Notes under the pieces: generated by a model
What the model saw: the letters and a program-made list of their open reading frames with translations, nothing else
Told to the model about the DNA's origin: nothing
The model's database searches: none
From: Octopus sinensis
Lineage: Eukaryota
DNA: 64,000 nt
Assembly (NCBI RefSeq): GCF_006345805.1
Contig: NC_043003.1
Coordinates: 11,284,001-11,348,000, forward strand
Reading direction: 5' to 3'
Position numbers and translations under genes: made by a program
Shown: in pieces, positions 53,720-64,000 of the stretch
Layout: the number at the start of each line of letters is the position of its first letter
Numbering within the stretch: position 1 is the stretch's first letter

Positions 53720-53776
53720 AGAACATGATTACCGCTTTATTTTACTGGACTGTCATTTGTCGTTCATGACAAGTGT

Positions 53777-53821
<45 letters not shown>

Positions 53822-53837
53822 AAGAGAAGAAAATGGA

Positions 53838-54055
53838 GAGTAAATGGTTGATAATTAATTTATTAACTTATTGCTAATCATTCCTACAATTGTTTCAATT
53901 AATACCCTTAGAAATTGTGAGCAAAATATCATCAGTGAAATATTAGACATTAAAGAATTACATGGTGAACAATTTGTTCTTTCCAACAGACTGTTGGAAA
54001 CAATTGTAGGAGTGATTATCAATAAGTTAATAAATTAATTATTAACCATTAACTC
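53838..54055. mobile_element. Fold-back element with GAAACAATTGTA hammerhead-like half in both arms
   Basis: ~60-bp inverted arms; CTGATGA on the minus strand at 53935-29. Confidence 0.7.
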
Positions 54056-54238
54056 TGCATTTCTTTTCTAGATTGAATATAGATATGCTTAATATATACC
54101 TATTTATTTTAGGGGAACTTTTTTCCCCAATAATATAAGGTATAAAACCAATGTAATCTTGGATGTAATCATCTCTTCAAGAGGTTAATATACTCTGTAT
54201 CCTTGCATTAACTTATATATATCTATATATATATATAT

Positions 54239-54488
54239 ATAATCAAAATAAGCAACAAGGATATCCAAGGAAGTGTAGTACAATCGTTTCATGCTACTTC
54301 ATTATATTAAACACTGTAAGTATTACATCAGTTTTAATCAGAATTTTTAATTAAAAAATTCTATATGTGGCTGAAGATTGCTCGACATTTTAAAACTGAT
54401 GTAATACTTACATTGTTTAATTAAATGAAGTAGCATGAAACGATTGTACAACACTACCTTGGATATCCTTGTGGCTTATTTTGATTAT
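54239..54488. mobile_element. Fold-back element, ~250 bp
   Basis: ~95-bp arms: aatcaaaataagcaacaaggatatccaagg.. / ..ccttggatatccttgtggcttattttgatt. Confidence 0.8.
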
Positions 54489-54588
54489 AATCACCCCATT
54501 TGATTTATATGGATAATACCATACATAATTCTGGTGCCTTTAACTTACGGGTAAGTACCATATTCATCTGAATCTAAATTTTGCTGAA

Positions 54589-54644
<56 letters not shown>

Positions 54645-54664
54645 TTATAATAATAATAGTTGGG

Positions 54665-55200
54665 AATATAATTCCAAAACTTCCATAGCTATTCGTTCAT
54701 GATAGATTGCTTTCATGATCAATGTTACTATCATCTCGGAACATTCTACTAACATATCCATGCATAGTCTTCGGCTCATATAAGCTCATCCTTTCATCTG
54801 ATGGTACATTGCGGTAGAGTCATGCGACTTCTTTAAGCATGTATTCCAGGTTATCAGACAAAGAGTGTTGCTCAAGGAGCTGCCTTCCAAGTCTTATAAT
54901 GTTATCAGCCTCATGTATGCAAACTTGATCAAGTGATGTATGCATGCATGTCATCATTCAGTTTTATTTCAAGATTTTTTGCCAGTTGAGAAAGAGCCGG
55001 TTTCTAACCTAGATCCAGTATGTATATATATATATGTATGTATGTGTGTATGTCTGTATGTATATATACACCTGTATGTATGCATGCATCTATGTATGTA
55101 CGTTTGTATGTATGAATGCATATATGTCATTATTCAGTTTTATTTCAAGATTTCTTGCCAGTTGAAAAAGAGCCAGTTTCTAACCTAGATCCAGTATGTA
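54665..55200 (-). mobile_element. REL-LINE internal fragment plus two 3' termini in (TATG)n
   Basis: EPKTMHGYVSRM..NIDHESNLS* resembles the KxMHG/ID..S..W region of R4/Dong ORFs. 3' ends at ~54949 and ~55125 match 2724 and 3297. Confidence 0.7.
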
Positions 55201-55202
55201 TG

Positions 55203-55234
<32 letters not shown>

Positions 55235-55814
55235 TGTATGTATGTATGTATGTACGTATGTATGTATGTATGTATGTATGTATGTGTGTAAGTATGTCTG
55301 TATGTATATACGTTTGTATGTATGCATGCATGCATATATGTATGTACGTTTGTATGTATGTTTGTATGTATGAATGCATATATGTATGTGTGTGTGTGTA
55401 TGCATGTATGTATGCATGTATGTATGTATGCCAAATTTGAGTGTGTGTGAATGTAGGTTTATGTGAGTTTGTATTTATCCTTGGGTTTACATGTTCGCTG
55501 AGTATAAACAAAAGGCAACAGTCATGCCATCAATACAGGTTTGTCTAACACTTGCAGTCCACTACAAAAGCACATCTAGGTTTCTCGACATGTCTTAGCA
55601 TGTTGAGCAAACATCATAAATAAAGATAATACTGTGTAACCAAGTGTGGAATGTCTCTTGATCCCTTGTTCAATAGAATTAAACATTATGACCTTGCTTG
55701 GAAATGAGTGAGGGTTGGCAACAGGAAGGGCACCCAATTGCTTTGTCAAGTTCTGTTTTGGCCAATGGCATGCATGAAAAAGTGAATATTAAAGCAATAA
55801 TCTGGACGATGAAG

Positions 55815-56360
55815 CAACAATGAAAATTATGGTGGTGGTGGTGATGGTGGGGAGGGATGATGATGATGATGATGGCAGTAGTGGTGGAGGAGTGATGGTG
55901 GTGGTGGTGGTAGTGCTGATATTGATGAAAAGGATGATGATGACGACAATAACTACGGTGATGATGAAGAAAATGATGTCGATGATGATGATTATAATGA
56001 GGATGATGATGATGGTGTTGATTACGATGGTGATGATTATGATGAAAATGAGGATGATGATGATGATGATTATGATGAGGAGGAGGATGATGTTGATAAC
56101 AATGATGATGATGATGATGAAAATGATGATGATGATGACGATGATGACAATGATGATGTTGATGACGATGGCGATGATGATGGTAATGATGATGATGGTG
56201 GTGATGATGATGATGATAACGATGACGACAACAATGACGATGATGATGATAACGGTGGTGTTGGTAATGGATTTTTATGGCGATTTTGAGAATGATGATG
56301 ATGATGATGACAACGACAACGACGACAGTGATGATGATGATAATAATTATGATGACAGGC
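55815..56360. repeat. (GAT)n microsatellite tract
   Basis: Directly visible. Confidence 0.95.
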
Positions 56361-57018
56361 AATGATGAGAGGCTTCGTTTCACTGACCGTCGAGTGATGT
56401 GGCAGGGGGTGGAGTTGTGGGGCGGGGAGCAGAATCAGTTCACAGTATAAACACAAAACTAATACCACCAGGTATTTTAGTTTGGTGTTTATAACATTCC
56501 TACAGTTCTCTCTGCCTTTAGCTGAACATCACCGAATTAATTTTCATTTACTTTACATTTATTTTTCATTCATTTCCAGTAATTTTCATGTTTTTATTGT
56601 TAGTTAACTTTTTATTTATATATTTATTTATTTATTTATTTTCAGTTTTATATCATTTCGTTATATTTTCTTCTGACATATTTATTTTATCCTTGTTCTT
56701 CATTTTTATTTTTTATTTTTATTTCAAATAAAAATAGTAATAATAAAAAAAAAACAAAGAAAATAACACAGGTAGTTTTAATTTCTTTTCCCTGCAATTT
56801 AATGACCTTTTTTTTTTAATGTTTGTTTTTCCTTTTTCCTCTTTTCTGTTTTATTTTGTTTTTATTTCATTATTTTCTGTTTTTGTTTTGTTTAACTTCT
56901 TCCATTCACTGTTTTCCATCATACTTAAGAGATAGGTATGTATCAGTTTTACCTCAATCCGACATTTTCAACCAATTTCGTGTGTGTATGTGCGTGTGTG
57001 TGTGTGTGTGTGTGTATG

Positions 57019-57065
<47 letters not shown>

Positions 57066-57247
57066 TATATTATATTATATATATACACACACACACACAC
57101 AGATATATGCATATGTATGTGTATAATATATATATATATATAATATATATATATATATACACACACACACATACATGTATATGAATATATAGATATATAT
57201 AAATGTGTATTATGTATGTGTATGAGTGTATATGTATATATAACTGA

Positions 57248-57284
<37 letters not shown>

Positions 57285-57367
57285 ATATGTATATATGTGT
57301 GTATGTATATCAGTGTATATATATGTGGTGTATATATATGTACATATATTTATATATATGCATTATG

Positions 57368-57400
<33 letters not shown>

Positions 57401-57850
57401 ATATATATATATATAGTATATACACACATATACATACATACATATATATATATACATACATATATACACGTATATATATGATGCCTTTTATTTCTATACT
57501 TTTAATTTACCCCAATTTTTTTTCCTTTTTTAAACTATAGTAGCTTTTGAATCAATTAATAAACAATTTTTTTTAACCATATTCGTTAATTGGATTTTCT
57601 ACGGTGATTTACACTAATAGACCATGACTTATGTTTAAAAAAATCAAACCTTAATTGATTCACTAACATTTGTTTATCGTTATGTGAAAAAAAAAAATTA
57701 ATTAAATCAAATAATTAAAATTCATACCAAAACAACATTTTTCAATTATTTCAGTGGCTTATATTCTGGTTCTCACTCATCACAGTACAGAATTCCTAAC
57801 CTGTTGGTGAGATTGCCTCTACAGGACCATTCAACTTGTTAGAAATAGCT

Positions 57851-57950
57851 NNNNNNNNNNNNNNNNNNNNNNNNNNNNNNNNNNNNNNNNNNNNNNNNNN
57901 NNNNNNNNNNNNNNNNNNNNNNNNNNNNNNNNNNNNNNNNNNNNNNNNNN
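57851..57950. other. Assembly gap (100 N)
   Basis: Run of n; the round length suggests a scaffold join of unknown true size. Confidence 0.99.
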
Positions 57951-58316
57951 TTTTTCTACTTCTTCACGTCGATCGTATTTCTCGGCTTCTTTTTTTCTTT
58001 CTTTCTTTTACAATTTGTTTTTTAATCGTAGACTTCTTTTCTTTTCCTTTTCTCTTCTCCTTTTTTTTCTCACGAGTTCCCATCCACCGCCAACACTTCC
58101 ATCGCCTCTTCACGTCCGGCCAAACCAACCCCAAACTCTTCCGTTCTTTATCCAACCCCGTCGTTTAAATAGCGTGTTTATTTGTATGTTTATTGCTTTA
58201 TTGAATACGCTCTACGTACGTACGTACGTATATATGTATACACGTATGTACAACTGCAAATATAAAATGTTTATACGTTACACGCATATGACTGCGAATA
58301 CAGTTTTTTTATACAT

Positions 58317-58384
<68 letters not shown>

Positions 58385-58579
58385 GTGTGTGTGTATGTAT
58401 GTAAAATGTGGTTATTTGTACGTATGTGTGTGTCTGAATGAATCACTGTTGGCGAAAATTCGAAGTTACTATCAAATATTGATATATTGAACTCACTGTG
58501 AGCACGTATTGAATCCTACATTCAATATACGTTATTTCTGTTTCTGAAAAACCACTTTATTTTAAAATATTACATGTGG

Positions 58580-58647
<68 letters not shown>

Positions 58648-59021
58648 TATTATATATATATATATACATATATTTATACATATATATATACATATATTTA
58701 TACATATATATACACATATACATATATATATATACACACATATATATACATATTCCAAATATTCTTTTTATATATATACATGCATACATACATGTTGGGT
58801 ATTATATATATATATTATATATATATATATGTGTGTGTGTGGTGTGAACGTGACCCCGTAAACTTCGGAGCAATATGTCGGTGCGTATGTAATTTACATG
58901 CCGTCATCAACCGGCAGTATCTAATCTTTGCTTGCTTTTTTTTTTTTAAAGAGATTTTTTTCCTCTTTATTCTTGTTTTTTAAATATAAGTAAGTTACCC
59001 ACGCACACAACGGCGTATTAC

Positions 59022-59055
<34 letters not shown>

Positions 59056-59352
59056 CTATATATACATATATATATATATATATAGATATATATACACTCC
59101 CACCATATAAATGTCTACTGTACATACGCAGAGCGATTAACGCTCGCACATGCATCCATGTGCGAGTGTATTGATGTGTAATAAGCTGTGACGGCGTCGT
59201 GGTCGTTTAAAAGTGTGCACTTGCTCATTCTCTGCTCTGGTTACCGTGACTGCCAAACCCCGCCCTCTCTCTCTCTCTCTCGACTAGATCACACGCAGCG
59301 ATTAGTGTACGCTAGCAAGGCGAATGTCTATGTGTGTGTGTATATATGTGTG

Positions 59353-59393
<41 letters not shown>

Positions 59394-59799
59394 ATTATAG
59401 TGCGTATTTATGTATGTTTATATATATATTTTTGTATGTGTGTGTGTGTATATATATATATGTAAGTGTGTATATATATAGGCATATATGTGCGTAATAT
59501 ATATGCATGTGTGTGTGTATATATATATGTATATATACGTTTGTATGCATGTGTATGTATATGTGTGACTATGTAGATATGTATATATGCATGCGTGTGT
59601 GTATAAATACGTATATGTGTGTGTATGAATATAATTTTGTATATTATATATATGCATGTAGATATGTATATATGCATGTGTGTGTATAAATATGTATATG
59701 TGTGTGTATGAATATAATTTTGTATATTATATATATGCATGTAGATATGTATATATGCATGTGTGTGTGTGTATCTATATATACATAGGTTTGTATGCA

Positions 59800-59837
<38 letters not shown>

Positions 59838-60239
59838 GATTTGTATATTATATATATATATATGCATGTAGATATGTATATATGCATGTGTGTGTGTGTG
59901 ATCGTTGCTTGTCTCCGCCGTGTGTTGATAGTGCAGTGGATGTATATGTGTCTGTATGTATAATGTAAGAGTGTATGTGTGTCCGTATGAATGGACCTGT
60001 CTCTCTCTATATGTGTGCGTGTGTACAGATGAATATGGAGGAGGAGGAGGTGCAACATCGGTAGCAGTGGCGGTGGTGGTGATGGTGGGGGGTAAGATAA
60101 ACGGCAGCGGTGTATAAATGCAGAGAGGGAGGAGCAGGAGGCAAGGCAGGCAGGCACTGTCTGTGCGCGTAACGAAGAAAGCGGCGATGACGACGACGAT
60201 GACAACGATTCCCGCCTTCTCTCTCTCTCTCTCTTCTTT

Positions 60240-60380
60240 CTCTTCTTTTCTCTTAATATAAAAGGTCGGAACGTAGCGAACGGAACGGAACAGCATGACG
60301 CTTCGCGGCGCGCCTCCCGTGATCCCTCCCTCTTTCTCTGCGTGGGAGCGCGCGCTTTATCGCTTCGTTTAGCCCTCCTC
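60240..60380 (+). promoter_or_regulatory. Candidate core promoter: TATAAAAG at 60257-64 in a CpG-dense unique segment
   Basis: TATA consensus followed by CpG-rich sequence (cttcgcggcgcgcc, gagcgcgcgc); no repeat homology noticed. Function is inferred. Confidence 0.4.
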
Positions 60381-60429
60381 TCACCGCCGTCAACCACCGC
60401 CACCACCACCACCACCACCACCACCACCG

Positions 60430-61088
60430 CCACCTTATCTCTTCTGCTCCTTGCTTTTCATTCATTTCCTTCTCCGTTTCGCGCTTCTCTTCCGTCCGTC
60501 CTTCCTTCCTTTTTGACACTTTTTTTATACTTCTTTTTTACCTTCTTTTTTTTTTACTTCTTTTTACCTTTTTTATTACTTCTTTTTTAACTTTTTTTTT
60601 TTCATTTTTCGCTCTCGTCATCGTCGTCAATAGTTTTTCTGTCTCTCTTTCTTCCTCAGTTCCGTATGCATCTCTCTTTTTCTCCCCCTCTCTTCCGTAT
60701 GCATCTCTCTTTCTCTCCCTCTTCCCCAGTTCCGTATGCATCTCTCTCTCTTTCTCTCCCTCTCTTCCCTAGTTCCGTATGCATCTCTCTCTCTCTCTCT
60801 TCTCTTTTATTCGCACTTTGTCGCTTTGTCTTCCCCCTCTCTCTCCTGTTCGCTCCGTCTGTCTTTCTTTCTCTCCCGTTCCCTCTCTTACTCTCCCCGT
60901 TATCCTCTCATTCTTTCTCTCCCGTTCTCTCTCTCTCACTCTCCCCTCTTTATCCTCTCTCACTCTGTCGTTACTTAACATTTATTCCTCATCTCCATCT
61001 CACCTGTTCTGCCGTCACTGCTTCTTCCCCCCCACTCAGCCTCCAGTCAATAGGCCAATTGCAAATATATCTATAATTGTTTCTTCTA

Positions 61089-61125
<37 letters not shown>

Positions 61126-61801
61126 TTTTTATACATACACCGTTTCTTTTTTAGTCTCTAAAACAACAGAAAAAGACAAAAAAATAAAAGCAACCAGCTG
61201 GTTTTCTCGTGATCACACTGATGCTGATAATATAACAACACCTCCGGTGAGCAATTCCGTCTCCGCTCGCCTCCTCGCCTCTCTCATCATCATCTCTTAT
61301 TTCTCGGCATTTTCTCTCCAAGTGGTGTTTATTCTCTCTCTATCGATCGATCGACCCCCCATTTTCTCCTTTCTCGGTATTTCCACATAGCCACCACCAT
61401 TTATTAAAAAATCTTTCTTCTTCTTCTTCCATTTCCCACTCACCCCTCTTCTCGCTCCATCTTATATTTTTTGTTACGATATTTTCCGCTCTCTTGATCT
61501 CCCGACTTCCCTTGGGTTCGTCCCGTTTAACCAATTTTTACTATTTTTCTCACGTCTGATCACCATTTTTTTTCTCTTTTTACCTTCTGCCATTCAACCA
61601 ATATATATTATCTCTGTCTATTCTAGCTTTTCGTATATAATAAGTAAGTTGCACACGCACACTTCTAGCTTTCGGCTTTTGTCACCACCTCTAGCTTCGA
61701 TTACCATGGATTTGGATTCTTGCTCCTTTTTCTCTCTCTTTCTGTTTTCGATTCACCATATCGTGTTTATTTCACGTTGTTCCGGTTTCGATTTTCGCGT
61801 A

Positions 61802-61838
<37 letters not shown>

Positions 61839-62166
61839 CTTTCCCTTCTTTCTTTCTCTCTTTTTATCTTTCCCTATCTCTGTCTATATCGCGTGCGCGT
61901 CGCAACACTTATTTTCTTTTCTCCTTCTCCTCTCCCTCCCTCCCTCTCTCTCTCTCCCTTCAAAGCTCACCACTTCTATTTCTCCTCCCATTCCTTCCTC
62001 TCCGTTACTGTCTCTTCTCCTTCCACCCCCTACCTCTCCATTATTATATCTCCTCTTCTCCCACTCAACCCCCTTTTTTCCGATTGCCATGTTCCCGCCC
62101 TCTTTCTCTATCAACTCATCTCTCTCTCCATCTCTCTCTCTCTCTCCATCTCTCTCTCTCTCTCCA

Positions 62167-62199
<33 letters not shown>

Positions 62200-62360
62200 T
62201 CTCCATAACTCTCTCTCTCTCCATCTCTCTCTCTCTCCATCTCTCTCTCTCTCCATCTCTCTCTCTCTCTCCATCTCCTCTCTCTCTCTCTCTCCATCTC
62301 TCGCTCTCTCTCTCCATCTCTCTCTCTCTCTCTCCATCTCTATCTGTCTCTGTCAGCTTC
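60430..62360. repeat. Polypyrimidine/(CT)n-rich region
   Basis: Directly visible; (CT)n punctuated by CCAT at 62110-62345. Confidence 0.9.
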
Positions 62361-62519
62361 TCTTTATGTCCGTGCAAGTCAAACAGTAACACAAAATAAT
62401 ATAAATCCTTAATGTTACACTTCATACGCACCGGAAAGATGCTTTTAAAGAGAATATGTTTCTCCACTTGCCAATATCCGTGCGCGCGTGTGTTTTCAAG
62501 TGTAATATTTACACGCCCG

Positions 62520-62561
<42 letters not shown>

Positions 62562-63195
62562 ATTTCACAACTAAGGAGTCTTGGAGTGTAACGTTTGCAA
62601 TGCTTGTGTATATAAGTAATTTTCCTGTTAGACGATTCGAATTTGCCCTGACCATTTGCTCATATAGACAAAGCCACACGTACTGGACACTGCTTTCTTT
62701 CTTTATTTCTTTCTCCAATTTTTCTGTCACGAAGGTACCAGGGAAGGCCAGGCCGTCTGCCGGAAATATCTCAATGCTGAGTTCAAAATCCAGCTGGGTT
62801 TCAGGGGTTTTGTGTTTCATTCTTCCGGGATCGTACAAAACCCATTAGATCGATTATAAAACATTGCCTTCTCTCCGAAAATTGCTTTTATATACACACT
62901 CTAAAGAAATGCTTGCTTTCAATATATAAACTTAGGCACATACATACTCGCTATAACAACATAGGCGCGTGTTTGTATGCGTGTGTTGTAATTTTCGAAG
63001 ACTTCTGTCCAAGACGGGAAACAAATAATTGAATCGAGATATTTTGGTTGTGAGCCATTCCATGACGTGCTTTATGGCAGGAATGTGCCACAGCTTGATT
63101 CGCGGTCATCATGCCTTTTCCATTTCTTTTATTCTTAATAAGAAATTCTTTCACTTTATTTGGTCAAGTGATGATGTGTTTTTATTTTTTCTAAT

Positions 63196-63958
63196 AGACG
63201 CAGGTGTAGCCGTGTTGACAAGTTTGCTTTCCAACCATATGATTCCGGGTTCAGTCCCACTGCGTTTTCCACCACAGCCCCGGGCTCCCTCTCGTATTAA
63301 TATTTAGCAGAAGCAACAGAGTGACTCAAGGGCCGAGAGCTTCGTGCATATATTAGCACTTGTCAACCACGTATGCATGTGCCATTGTGGTTCTCTCCCA
63401 CCATCGCTTGGCAACCAGTGTGGTATGTTTTACACCCCCGTAACTTAGCGGTTCGGCAATAAAGAAACTAAAAAAGTACCCGGCTTAAAAAAAAGTACCG
63501 GGGTGGATTCTTTCAACTAAACTCCTTCAAAGTTGTGCCCCCAGCATGACCGCAATCTAATGACTGAAAAATTTGTTCTTTTATTCTTTTACTTGTTTCA
63601 GTCATTTGACTGCGGCCATGCTGGAGCACCGCCTTTAGTCGAGCAAATCGACCCCAGGACTTATTCTTCGTAAGCCTAGTACTTATTCTATCGGTGTCTT
63701 TTGCCGAACCGCTAAGTTAGGTTGTCAAGCGGTGTTGGGGGTTGGGACAAACACACATAAGGATACACACACACACACTTATATATACATATACGACGGG
63801 CTTCTTCCAGTTTCCGTCTACCAAATCCACTCACAAGGCTTTGGTCGGCCCGAGGCTATAGTAGAAGACACTTGCCCAAGGTGCCACGCAGTGGGACTAA
63901 ACCCGGAACCATGTGGTTGGTAAGCAAGCTACTTACCACACAGCCACTCCTGCGCCTA
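63196..63958. mobile_element. Convergent SINE-A copies: plus fragments 63196-63570 and full minus copy 63576-63958
   Basis: Consensus matches in opposite orientation, tail to tail. Confidence 0.88.
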
Positions 63959-64000
63959 TAGATAACGATATATGTATTATAAGTATGTATAATGAACTCT

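Noticed and set aside
56362-56450. C/D snoRNA-like boxes (ATGATGA..CTGA..TGATGT)
   Set aside because: No terminal D box or terminal stem; the C-box match is expected next to a (GAT)n tract.
59278-59330. cgactagatcacacg resembles miR-279 (TGACTAGATCCACAC)
   Set aside because: First base and 3' half differ, and there is no precursor hairpin placing it on a 3p arm.
59408-60433. 341-aa minus-strand ORF
   Set aside because: Alternative start codon; composed of (CA/TA)n, (GA)n and (GGT)n translations.

Overview
Repeat-dense eukaryotic scaffold segment with a 100-N gap at 57851-57950. The SINE families and extreme di-, tri- and tetranucleotide microsatellite load resemble an octopus (coleoid cephalopod) genome; this is an inference from remembered repeat consensus sequences, not a database search. 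I could not confidently identify any intact host protein-coding gene. Nearly all ORFs in the track are microsatellite translations or decayed transposon fragments. Recognisable elements: a full-length decayed mariner (DD34D); a maT (DD37D) fragment; mariner and hAT MITEs; two non-autonomous Helitrons; R4/Dong-like REL-endonuclease LINE fragments stacked in (CATA)n or (TAA)n microsatellites; CR1, L1/Tx1 and RTE-like fragments; and many tRNA-derived SINEs. Most interesting: (1) at least five sequence-unrelated families of non-coding, often fold-back, Penelope-like elements carrying minimal type I hammerhead ribozyme motifs with palindromic stem III; (2) a 9-unit head-to-tail SINE concatemer inside one 17-bp target-site duplication, whose fixed restart point recurs at an independent locus; (3) a head-to-head tRNA-like palindrome. 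Right of the gap the sequence becomes CpG-rich with a TATA-like motif, suggesting a regulatory region.
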